The position numbers and the translations under genes are program-made. Under the pieces are notes generated by a model, which made no database searches, was not told the origin of the DNA, and saw only the letters and a list, made by a program, of their open reading frames with translations. DNA of 63,927 bases, counting the filler, from Octopus bimaculoides (lineage: Eukaryota), in assembly GCF_001194135.2 (NCBI RefSeq). It is 7 parts of 7 records of this genome, joined end to end, with 100 filler letters (N's around TTAATTAATTAA, not from the genome) between each part and the next. Parts side by side here need not be neighbours in the genome. Positions count along the whole stretch, not along the records: positions 1 to 31,744 come from NC_068982.1; positions 31,845 to 42,275 come from NC_068985.1; 5 more parts are not named here. The stretch is one strand, 5' to 3'. Of the stretch, positions 27,603-39,012 are shown in pieces (position 1 is the stretch's first letter; each line of letters starts with the position of its first letter).

Positions 27603-30600
27603 TATTGTCTAGAACCAGTACTGAATTGAAGAATATAGTGGATGGAGATATAAGTTTAGTATTTTTATTATTATTCCTTCATATCTTGGATACGTTATGG
27701 TTTTGACTGGTATTTTATTTTATTGACCCTCGAAGGATAAAAAACAATGTTGATCTTGGCAGGATTTGAACAGCCAATTTATTTTCATTATTTGTATTGC
27801 ACCAGCCCTTAAAAAATGTCTTTTTATAATTTGTTTTTCTTAGATCTCCGTCTGCTTCTGACCTCTGTATCTGTTATTGCACATCTTGCGTCTCCTCCAT
27901 TTCACATCATTCCAGCATGGTGACCTCATTAGCACAGGTGGCACAAAAAAAAAAAAGCATCCAGTACATGCTGTAAAGTGGTTAGTGTTAGGAAGGGCAT
28001 CCAGCCATAGAAAACATGTTAAAGCAGATAGTGGGGCATGATGCAATCCTTGGGTCTGTTGGATTATGTTAAACTGTCAAAATCATGCCTGCATGGAACA
28101 AAGACATTAAATGTTGTTTTTCCTCTTCCCTTTTGTGTAATGCCCACTATCACCTTCTCTTTCTTGACCCACTTTTCTGTTCCTTTACCTTTCCTCTCAA
28201 ACTGAGATTCACTCTTGAATGTGCCTCCACCCATATTTACCATTCACTGCGTTCTATCCCCATCTCTGTCAATCATTCTCCTTTCACATTCTTGTGAATC
28301 TACCCACCCAACCATCCTCAATTATCAGTCCCTATTCTCTCTTTATCAACCTTCTTGTACCATGAATGTACATCCTAAACCCACATCTTCATTCCTTTCT
28401 ACTTTTCTTACTGGGGTAGCTATGTGTCTCCTCTACAGCAAGGCCCTTGCTCCTGTCCATCTGCCATACTTTAACTTCTCAACACACTGTGCAAAACCAC
28501 CTCACTCAGTAGTGCACCCCCACTCAGTCCAAGAGGATCTTCGTTTTGTAGGCTGCATGGTGAACTCACTAGTGTTGACATCATGAAATAAGCATAGTAA
28601 ATGGTTGGCATTAGGAACGGTATCTAGCCATAGTAACCATGCCAAAGCAAATATCTGAGTTCAGTGCAGTCCTCTGGTTCATTGGATCCTGCTGAACCAT
28701 CCAGCCCATGTGAACATGGAATCACCATCAGCATTTAATGTCTGTTTTCCATGCTGGCATGGGTTAGACAGTTTGACTGGAACTGGTAAGCCAGAGATAT
28801 GTACCAGGCTCCAGTCTGTTTTGGCTTAGTTTCTACAGCTAGATGGCCTTCCTAATGCCAACCACTCCATAAAGTGTACTGAGTGCCTTTCACGTGTCAC
28901 TAGCACGGTTGCCTTTTACATGTTACCACAGCATGAGTGCCTCTTACATGTCACCAGAAAACAAACATTAAATGATAGTGTTGATGATTAAAATGCTTCC
29001 AACAGATTTGAACCTTGAACTTTGTTCAGAATTCTACTTACTCAACCACTTTACCAATGTTCCACTGTTAGTTGTCGAATTGGTAGCCATTCTTTTAGTT
29101 TTGTTAAAAATAAAAACTAGAATTACTTCTTTTTTTATGTGGCATTCTACATCTGCCGCCTCTTTGTAGTTCGTTTGTTTAATGAGGGAAAAGAAAAAAG
29201 TACTTAAAAAGTTGAAAGAAAACCTCAGTTGAAAAGAATAAAATATAAAGAAAATAACTTGTGTGTGTGAAAAACGTTTACATGCATGCTTGTGTGTGTC
29301 AGTGTGTGCAGAATACTTGCATGCATGCATATAGCGTTTGTATGTGTGTGTGATTATATGGTAGCATAGTGGATTTAAAAAATATGCAAGTTACTACTAT
29401 TGAAGCTGGTGGGGATGGTGGTAGTGGTTGTAATTGAGTGGTGGTGGTGGTGGTAGTACTAATGATGATGATCATGGTTAAGATATTGATAATGATGTAG
29501 TTCTTCTTTACTTCAAGTTTCCTTTTGGCATGAATGAATATTTTCTTTGAACACTTCAGATTTTGATTTGCAGGAATATTTTAAGAAGTTAGTTGTCTTT
29601 AATTAGTTTCGCTGATAAACCAGCAATTGTCATATTATATAAATACATTGTATTGTTTAGCCTCAGGCCAAAAATAACCAACTAATAATGAAACAAGACT
29701 TGCTTTTACACATTTTATTCAGAGAACACCTTGCACTTTCATCACTACTGATTTAATGCAGTGTTTTTCAACAATTTTATTTAATGGCAGCACCCTGCAG
29801 TCATCTAACATCTTAATCTGTAGCATCACTTCTTTAATTTCTTCTAAAATTTCTATGGAATTTTTAGCATGCTTGAATGAAGAATATGTATAGTTTACTT
29901 TTGTAAATCTTTAAAATCTTGTGGTTTCTTTGTAACCCTTTTGTTACCATATTTCTGTTGAAATACACTGTCTTTCAGTTAATTCTGAAAGTAATGAATT
30001 TAGTAAAATAATTTTGTCATTATTAAACTGTTTGGAATATCAGTTAACAAAAAATTTTGATATTGGATTTTAATTTAGAACACTTTAACCCTTTTGATAC
30101 AAACCTACCTGAAACCACCATTGTTTTTATGGTACAAATTTCATGTTAGATTATGTTCTAAACACCAGTTTCATAATAACAAAGATATTTTACTAAATTC
30201 CTTCATTACTTTTAAAATTAATTGAAACAAAGACAGTGCATTTCAACAAAAATATGGTAACAGAAGTGTTAAGACCGAAAGTTTGTATCATAAAACCCAT
30301 GTGTGGTCTCAGGTGGGTTGGTATTGAAAGTGTTAAGCTTTGGCGCTTAGCTCCAGTTCCAAGTAGATTTTCTTTGATACCAGTCTTTTGGGATATTATC
30401 AGATGTTCTAGTGCCTATTTTTCGAAACTGAGTGAGTAGTAGAATGAATAAGTCAGGGTTATATAACATTAAGTGTATTGTCCATAGATACAAAAAACTA
30501 CCCATTTCAGATTTGATTTGAAAGCCCTATGCCATAGCTTATTGGCTATTTTGCTTCTAATTTGGAAGAAAGTGGTTGCATTCAGTGTTTTCTTCAGAAA

Positions 30601-31099
30601 TCTCCAGAAACTCTAGAGAGGCAAATGTATGGAATAATAAGATTGCAACCTATCTGAAATGTGGCGTATGTTTTTTTAGTCAATCAGACTGAAAAATAAA
30701 ATGTCATGTTCCTTTATCATGTGACACAGCCTACTGCTGAGACCCCCTTCGGTCATGACTGACCATGGGATTGCACCTAGAAAGTTACCCTCCTAGGCAC
30801 AAGTCCAGGCAAGGTTGTTTATGGAAGAACATGACACTATAGCATGATACTGATAGGAACATGTTCTTGAGCATGTCCCTGTCAGCTTGCTCGCCTCATG
30901 TCTGTTTGTCATGAGCACCCAAGGCAAAGGAGGATGACCCTGGTTTTCCTTCCTTCACTTCCTCTCTCACTCCTTCCTGTTCTCTCAAGTCCCTTGAGCG
31001 CTGATGTCACAGCCCTTTCCTTCTGGCTCAGAACCACATCTCCATCAACACTGATACCTCCAAGGTGGTTGATTGCGTCCATTACCATGTCAGTACAGT

Positions 31100-31605
31100 C
31101 TATCACATTGTCAAGTACCTGGAAGAAGTAGTGCTGCCCTGTGTCAAGAGGGTGGCTGCTGGAAGACCCTATGTCTGGCAACAGGACTCTGTACCATGCC
31201 ACGCAAGCAGGAGAACCCAGTCATGGCTGTCAGACAATTTCTGTGACCACATCACCCCTAACAGCTGGCCACCTAACTCCCCAGACTGCAACCTCCTTGA
31301 TTATTATGTGTAGGGAGCAGTTGAGCGAGAGACCAACAAAACTCCTTGTAGCACCAAAGATGAACTGAAGGCAAGGATTATGGCAGCATTCACCAACCTA
31401 AGCCGACTGTCCAGAAGAGTTGCAGGAGATTCCAAAATTATCTGGAGGCAGTGGTTGAAGCCAAAGGCAATTTTATTGAATAATATAGCTTTTAGTATTA
31501 CAAGATATTTTTATGTAATTTTGGTAAATATATCTGTTAAAATGAGATGTCAGTGTTATTTTCATTTTTGTGTAATTTAGACGACAGTTTATTCACCTCA
31601 CCCTG
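31100..31605 (+). mobile_element. Tc1/mariner (maT/DD37D-like) transposase 3' remnant
   Basis: KYLEEVVLPCVKRVAAGRPYVWQQDS...WPPNSPDCNLLDYYV*GAVER..., then a TIR-like end ...ctcaccctg followed by TA. Confidence 0.85.
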
Positions 31606-31744
31606 TATATATGTGCCAGTGCACGAAACTCTCAGACCTTGAGTCACTTTGTTACTTCTGCTAAATATTGGTTTCAAATTTTTGTACAAGGTCAGCAATT
31701 TTGGGGAGAGTTGATTCGGGGAAAGTTGATTCTGTCAACCCCAG

Positions 31745-31844
31745 NNNNNNNNNNNNNNNNNNNNNNNNNNNNNNNNNNNNNNNNNNNNTTAATTAATTAA
31801 NNNNNNNNNNNNNNNNNNNNNNNNNNNNNNNNNNNNNNNNNNNN
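31745..31844. other. Artificial contig-join spacer (first of six)
   Basis: N run + TTAATTAATTAA (31789-31800) + N run. Identical 12-mers at 42320, 54077, 58438, 60578 and 62206; stop codons in all six frames. Confidence 0.9.
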
Positions 31845-31943
31845 TATGGCGTAGTGGAGCATATGGCGTAGTGGAGCATATGGTGTAGTGGTTAAAAGCG
31901 CGGACTACTAACCCTTAGATTCCAAGTTCGATTCCAGGCAGTG

Positions 31944-32006
<63 letters not shown>

Positions 32007-32150
32007 TCGAAAATACCTTAGGAACGAGAATCCAGGTTCGAAATTTCCCCAAGACACCTGATGAAGGCTGGAGAGTATATCAGCCGAAACCTGTTCACAT
32101 CAAACAAGATGAGGACAAATATCCGTCAAATGTAAATAATGTAAATAATG
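31845..32150 (+). mobile_element. tRNA-headed SINE-like element with (AAT)n and hammerhead-like 3' part
   Basis: A box tggcgtagtgg, B box gttcgattcc, (AAT)n, then CTGATGA-a-ggctg-N10-cagcc-GAAAC at 32058-32090. Homologous copy at 55273-55546. Confidence 0.7.
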
Positions 32151-32583
32151 GATATGTATATGCTATTAGCGACAGAAGTATCCTTTATACCGAATAATAA
32201 TTACTACATCCAACCTGATCTCGATGAGTTGTAAGCTGCAGTGGACATACCGCAAAAACGAAAAAAAAAAAAGAAAAGACATTTCGTGTAGACGACAAAT
32301 GCATCAAAATTGCACATCAGTTGACTAAATTTCGTCAGCACCAGCGGATATCACTACAATAACGTAATTTCACCGATTTGCGAACCATCAACAGCAGGAA
32401 GCCAAATGCCGAACGTCAGAGTGAAAATCAGTTAAACCTACATAGAATAATATTGGCCAAAAAGCTAGAGGTAACGTGAACAGCTAGAGGTATCGCGGGC
32501 TCTGTATAAATTAGTTATTAGCCACAAGGCAGCCTTCGTAATGAATACTAATCACCGCATTCAACATAACCGTGACGTGATGT

Positions 32584-32841
32584 TTATAACACCGTAGGCT
32601 GCAGTCAACATATTTGCCGCCTAGACGAAATGTTTGTTCGGGGCGTTTACCGTAGCCTATGGCGTTATAAGTAACACCATGTAGAATATATCTCTCTTAT
32701 GGTAAAAAGGTGTCGCCATCTATTAGGAATCCCAGACATTGATGTTTCAAGCTTCGATGTCTGGGATTCATAACAGATGGTGATACTGAACGAATCGGGT
32801 GTTTTCACACCTTTTTACCATAAGAGAGATATATTCTCTAC
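32584..32841. repeat. Two adjacent long hairpins
   Basis: Hairpin 1 at 32584-32670 (17-bp arms, 2 mismatches). Hairpin 2 has perfect 31-bp outer arms at 32683-32713 / 32807-32837 and an inner stem aatcccagacat / atgtctgggatt. Confidence 0.8.
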
Positions 32842-32956
32842 GGTAACTGGAGCATATTTGCCGTTTAGCTGTTGAAATACATCACAAACATATTTCAACT
32901 AACCTAAATTTTGCTCATGCCTAAACATTGCTTAACACTAACATTTCGATTATCTA

Positions 32957-33001
<45 letters not shown>

Positions 33002-33639
33002 ACAAATTAGGCATCGGGAGGGCTATTTTGCCTGTAAGAAACTCATGCACAAACTTTATTTCACTTTTTACCGTGATTATAAAGTAAGATTGTTAGTTAA
33101 CCATTTGACCAATTGAGTAACTGATGGTTTAATTAATTGTTCGATCGCTTAATCAATCAGCTGGTTTGACAATCATCTGCGACCTCATTTCTAATATGGC
33201 CTCTTTCTTTCCAGGTGTGTCTCGCTTTAAATATTATTTACTTTTATGTTATGCTTGGAATTTTTAGCTTGAAATAAATCTGAAGAGAAAAATATCAAAC
33301 TTCATTGTTGTTATTGTTGTTGTCGTCATCGTGTTGTTGTTGTTGTTGTTGTTGCTAGTTATTTGTGTTGTCCTTGCGTTTACCTCTTACCGTTTACTTT
33401 TTTCAATCAATGGACTGAGACCATGTTGGGGTACCGTCGTCAAGGGTTTTAGTCGAGCAAATCGACCCCAGTACTTATTTTTAAAAGAAGTTATGGCACT
33501 TATTCTGCCGGTCCCTTTTACTGAGCCATTAAGTAGTGGGGACGTAGACAAACCAACACCTATTATTATGGAGTGGTTGGGACATCAAGCACAAATATGG
33601 AGGCATATATATGTGTGTGTGTACATGTATATATGTATG

Positions 33640-33691
<52 letters not shown>

Positions 33692-33774
33692 GAGCATTAT
33701 TACTCATAAGAGATAACAATATTAGTGGCCGCAAGATTAAAACCGTACAGATAAAATTAACAGATATATGTATA

Positions 33775-34270
33775 AGAATTATATATAACAAGCACCAGCT
33801 TTGCTAAAAATAGGAGTAAAACATACTCCGAAACCACAAGAATTAAATTTTTACAGGTATGGTTGGAAACAAAATACTGAGAGAATAAGTATTGCGTCTT
33901 ACCTCTGCAAAATTCCAAGAAGGATTACCAGTTACCCTGGTATCATGATTTTGAATTTAGCGCCAAAAGTACCTGATTCTCTTCAGTTCGTTTCTTCAAT
34001 GCGGCTGTGGCCCTCAGACGAACACAGGCATTCGTTGAAGTGAATTATAAGTACTGTTATGAGTAGACTTGGCTGAAGAGAATCTAGTGCTTTTGGCGCT
34101 AAATTCGAAATCACGATATCAGGGTAACTGGCATTCCATCTTGCAATTTTGCAGAGGCAAGACGCAATCCTTATTCACTTAGTTTTTTTTTTCCAACCAT
34201 GCCTGTAAAAATTTTGTGATACTTCTTGTGGCTTCGGATGCTTCTTAATGCCCTTGTTATATATAATTCT
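33775..34270. mobile_element. Foldback/MITE-like element with long imperfect inverted repeats
   Basis: Outer 18-bp agaattatatataacaag / cttgttatatataattct. Inner arms about 33827-33985 and 34073-34238; spacer about 90 nt. Confidence 0.75.
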
Positions 34271-35608
34271 TGTATTTCTTATATATATCTATTGTATGTA
34301 TGTATGTATGTATGTATGTATGTATATGTGTGTATATATATATGTTGTGTTTGATATGTATGTATGTATGTATGGGCGTAGGAGTGGCCGTGTGGTAAGT
34401 AACTTGGTAACCAACCACATAGTTCCGGGTTCATTCCTAATGCGTAGCACCTTGGGCGAGTGTCTTCTACTATAGCCTCGAGTCGATCAAAGTCTTGTGA
34501 GTGGATTTGGTAGATGGTAATAGAAAGAAGCCCGTCGTATATATATGTGTGTGTGTGTGCGTGTGTGTGTGTTTGTGTGTGTGTGTTTGTTTGCCCGTGT
34601 TTGTCCCCCACCATCGCTTGACAACCGATGCTGGTGTGTTTACGTCCCCGTAACTTAGCGGTTCGGCAAAAGATCCCGATAGAATAAGTACTAGGCTTAG
34701 AAAGAATAAGTCCTGGGGTCGATTTTATAATATATCCACGAGGACGTAAATTCTTGCACCACTATCTTAAAAAATCTTGCCAAACAAATTCGATTAGGAT
34801 TATGAAGGACATCTTTTAACAATGTGATACATTTTGACGAAGAAGCTCTATGAGGAAATAGTTTTAAGGAAAAGATAGAGCAATAATATCACCATGATAC
34901 AAAATACAGAAAGCATATAAACATCTTTCAATTTGGATGTATTGCATCGTCTCAAAATTTTAAATTTCAAATTGGAAGTAATGTATCGCGTGAAAATTAA
35001 AAAACCCAGTAAACACTTTACTCTAAAACTGAAAAATTTCACCAAGTCTTTGACAAAAACACGATTAAAGTCAGTTATATTTTCTTCTCCGAAATCCCGA
35101 TTATTGTCTCGCTACCCAATTGTATAAATCTGGATGGCAAGTACCACAGTTAGGTCGACCACATTTTTTCACTTTGTATATACACACACACACACACACG
35201 CACACACACACACACACACACACGCACACACNNNNNNNNNNNNNNNNNNNNNNNNNNNNNNNNNNNNNNNNNNNNNNNNNNNNNNNNNNNNNNNNNNNNN
35301 NNNNNNNNNNNNNNNNNNNNNNNNNNNNNNNNNNNNNNNNNNNNNNNNNNNNNNNNNNNNNNNNNNNNNNNNNNNNNNNNNNNNNNNNNNNNNNNNNNNN
35401 NNNNNNNNNNNNNNNNNNNNNNNNNNNNNNNNNNNNNNNNNNNNNNNNNNNNNNNNNNNNNNNNNNNNNNNNNNNNNNNNNNNNNNNNNNNNNNNNNNNN
35501 NNNNNNNNNNNNNNNNNNNNNNNNNNNNNNNNNNNNNNNNNNNNNNNNNNNNNNNNNNNNNNNNNNNNNNNNNNNNNNNNNNNNNNNNNNNNNNNNNNNN
35601 NNNNNNNN

Positions 35609-35653
<45 letters not shown>

Positions 35654-36054
35654 CATGTATATACACAAGTGTTTTGAGTGTGTGCATATGTGTGCGTGTG
35701 CATGTGTGTGGGGAAGGGTTGCTGGGTGCGTCTGTGTATGTATTTCATGTAGCCAACGAACAGTACCAACTAAAGAACAGTATTAATTAAATGTTGCATT
35801 TAACAAGAAAGTCCTTTGTCTTTTAATAACTTTAAATAATCCTGGCTAGACTTTTAGAATGAATCACACTCAGATTAACAGAATTTCTCAACTATATATA
35901 TAGATAGGAGCTGTTTTAAGTTCAGAAAATAGACACTGAAACCGAGTTACGAGTTAAATCGTAAAAACAAACAATAAATTTTTCAACAATATATTTCTTT
36001 ATATATATATATATACATATATATACATATATATATACATAAAACACTATCACA

Positions 36055-36062
36055 TATAAATA
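36055..36062 (+). promoter_or_regulatory. Possible TATA box of the S-crystallin/GST gene
   Basis: TATAAATA about 95 nt upstream of the ATG. It lies next to an AT microsatellite, and ttgtcctctag (AG at 36092-36093) could instead be a splice acceptor for an upstream UTR exon. Confidence 0.3.
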
Positions 36063-36150
36063 AGCAGTGAATTGTTTTTACGTTGTCCTCTAGCCACAAG
36101 AAGAGTTCCTTGTGTGTCTTTAATCAACCAATCTGTCCATCCTTGTTACG

Positions 36151-36283
36151 ATGCCTTCCTACACTCTGTACTATTTCAACGGTCGTGGCAGAGCCGAGAT
36201 CTGTCGATTTCTTTTCACTATAGCTGATATTCAATACAGCGACAAGAGGATCGAATATGCAGAATGGACCCAACTGAAATGCA
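36151..36283 (+). CDS. S-crystallin / sigma-class glutathione S-transferase (SL11-like), first coding exon; later exons not found in window
   Basis: Translates [44 protein letters not shown] + 1 nt, then donor GTCAGT at 36284. This is the GST N-terminal thioredoxin-fold start with Tyr8, Arg14, Trp39 and Lys43, close to the squid S-crystallin SL11 N-terminus as I recall it. The unspliced ORF is 46 aa, so it is absent from the ORF track. Confidence 0.9.
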
Positions 36284-36798
36284 GTCAGTAATTTTTTGAT
36301 ATATTTTTTGCTCATGTTTTCTTTCTTCTTGCTTTATGTTGTCTTCAGCTTTTTATTTAAAAAAAAAAAAAATTCAAGAGAGAATTTACCATGGAGTACT
36401 GCAAGTTCATTTTTGATATTTTAGGAAGGAGTTCAATAAAAATATTTAGCCTGAGATACAATATGTCTGAAAATAGCCGAGATGGTCATGGATGCAACGC
36501 TTTTGACCAAAGCTTACGTGCTGTGGGTGCTCTTAACAGAACTACCATAATTTCTATGAATGTTCATATTTTGTCAGATACCACAGTGAACTTTGCTTCT
36601 TCATATGCAAATAATGTCAAAAATATATACAGACAGATTGGTTAATTTATATCGGTTTATGCTTTTGAGGAAACTTTCTCCCACCAGTTAGAAACACAAG
36701 GAGGATCCCTTGATAAAGAATCGATATTTTGTTATAAATTGTTCTTGGTCTTTTATTCTGTGCTTCTACTTGTGACTATACACAAATTGTGGGTACTC

Positions 36799-37169
36799 CG
36801 TCGCTTACGACGTCGAGGGTTCCAGTTGATCCGATCAACGGAACAGCCTGCTCGTGAAATTAACGTGCAAGTGGCTGAGCACACCACAGACACGTGTACC
36901 CTTAACGTAGTTCTCGGGGATATTCAGCGTGACACAGTGTGACAAGGCTGACGCTTTGAATTACAGGCACAACAGAAACAGGAAGTAAAAGTGAGAGAAA
37001 GTTGTGTTGGAAGAGTACAGCAGGGTTCACCACCATCCCCTGCCGGAGCCTCGTGGAGCTTTAGGTGTTTTCGCTCAATAAACACTCACAACGCTTGGTC
37101 TGGGAAACGAAACCGCGATCCTATGACCGCGAGTCCGTTGCCCTAACCACTGAGCCATTGCGCCTCCAC
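36799..37169 (-). mobile_element. tRNA-derived SINE, same family as 4855-5250, in the S-crystallin/GST intron
   Basis: Reverse complement of the 4855 copy; TSD tgtgggtactc at 36788-36798 and 37170-37180. Confidence 0.9.
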
Positions 37170-37825
37170 TGTGGGTACTCAGTATTGTTTAGTAAAATAT
37201 TTGATGAGCAGTTTAAATTGAAGCCAACATTTCTCTTCTGACACATGTCTAGTTCATTGTATCAGAAGCGGTGCATATCTATCATATCAGGCCTGGATCT
37301 GTAAACAACTTTACGCGGATCTGGGTATTTATCGCTAATAAGTAAATTTTTTAATACTTATTACTCACCGCGCAAAATGCTTAGTAGCATTTCGTCCGTC
37401 TTTATAGAGCACTGGGGTGGATGTAATCTCCTCTCCAGAAATTGTTGGCCTTATGCCAAAATTTGAAACCAATATTTTATACACCCACTATCTCATTAAT
37501 TAAATACATAATTTTAATTAAATATACAGTTAAATATATATCTCATGAAAGACTGTTTTATCATAAAGTCGCCAAGCATTAGTAAATATTATTTAAAAAT
37601 AGTGACGACAATAAAAAATAAAATTAGGTGTAGGCGTGGGTGTATAGTAAGAAGCTTGCTTCCCAATCACATGGTTCCTGGTTTCGTCCCACTGCATGGC
37701 ACCTTCGGCAAGTGTCTTCTACTATAGCCTCGGGCCGACCAAAGTCTTGTAAGTAGATTTGGTAGATAGAAAGTGAAAGAAGCCCGTCGTATATATATAT
37801 ATATATATGTTAAAGTCTGTCATAC

Positions 37826-37866
37826 CGGCCATGACGAAGGGAAATAGCCCTGAAACTCGAGTCGCC
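37826..37866 (+). ncRNA. Minimal type I hammerhead ribozyme with a one-base core lesion
   Basis: ggc-C(a)TGACGA-aggg aaatag ccct-GAA ACTCGAGT C-gcc: stem I ggc/gcc, 4-bp stem II, perfectly palindromic stem III, GUC cleavage triplet. Confidence 0.6.
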
Positions 37867-38288
37867 TTTATATATTTATATTTATATATTTGATCCTTTA
37901 TATTGAACACTCAATATTTCATCTACATTCAATACTTTCTTTCATGGTGCCATCCATTTTTATTTTATTTTATTTTATATTATATATTGTATATTATATT
38001 NNNNNNNNNNNNNNNNNNNNNNNNNNNNNNNNNNNNNNNNNNNNNNNNNNNNNNNNNNNNNNTCCCATAACCTAACGGTTCGGCAAAAAAACCCCGATAG
38101 ACCGAAGTACTAGGATTACAAAGAATAAGTCCCGGGGGGCGATTTCTTCGGCTAAAACCCCTCTTTAAGGCGGTGCTCCAGCATGGCTGCGGTCAAATGT
38201 CTGAAACAAGCCAAAGAATAAAAGAATAAAAGTCATTCTATTGTGAATAGTAAAAGTATCAAGGAAAAAAAAAAAGGACGCATAAGAT

Positions 38289-39012
38289 CAGAGGTCCTCA
38301 ACGTGGGCGGTACCCCCACCCCAAGGGGGCGCAGGAGCATGTTAGGGGCATTAAATTTTAGGGAGTGAAGAGGATGTGGTGAGGTAACATAATTAACATA
38401 CTAAATTCTTATCTTTAGTAGTAACAATATTATACGTGATAAAACTAATAATGGTTATTAAAAGAAAATGAGATCTCGCCAGGCTCAGGAAAGTTATTAA
38501 CTTGCAATATATAAAGTAAATTTACAACTTTTTGTCTTTATTAATTTTTTATCTTATTGTTATATTTCGGGACGGTCATTTTTTTTCTTACCAAATAAAC
38601 ACACGCACTATGTATCTGTTCTTCACTCGTTTATTAAAATTCTTATTTTATCGTTTTTCATACGATAAAATTTTTCGTCAATGATAAACGAGTGGAGAAC
38701 AAATATATAGTGCGTGTGTTTATTTGCAAGAGAACGAAAATGACCGTCCCGAAATATAAAAATATGTCTCAACACTCAATTTCACACAAGGAATCTTGCA
38801 AAACAAATTCATAGGTGTAATTTTTTTATCATTTCCACAGTTAAAAGCTTATCTAGTCCATTTTTAGAGTGACCTTTATAAATTATCATCCATGCGAAGT
38901 TAGTTTAATAGTGATTGATACTTCACTCGCCAATTAGGTTGGCGCTAGGCATGACAACTACTTGAAAAAAAGGGGCGCTACAAAAGGAAAAAAAAAAGGT
39001 TATGAGCTACTG
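38289..39012. mobile_element. hAT/Charlie-like non-autonomous element
   Basis: Degenerate TIRs cagaggtcctcaac / gttatgagctactg; 8-bp flanks cataagat and tattagat (imperfect TSD with a TAGA-like core). Confidence 0.55.
38561..38758. mobile_element. Nested MITE-like palindrome
   Basis: About 75-bp arms tatatttcgggacggtcatt...ctcgtttat (38561-38635) and the reverse complement (38684-38758), about 48-nt spacer. Confidence 0.8.

Noticed and set aside
31789-31800. TTAATTAATTAA as a biological motif
   Set aside because: Always centred in a 100-nt N spacer; artificial.
33200-33220. ttctttccag|gtgtg as the next SHMT exon
   Set aside because: Translation does not resemble SHMT and hits a stop after about 18 codons.
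35859-35865. TGAATCA as an AP-1-like crystallin promoter site
   Set aside because: A non-consensus 7-mer expected by chance in AT-rich DNA; transcription start unknown.
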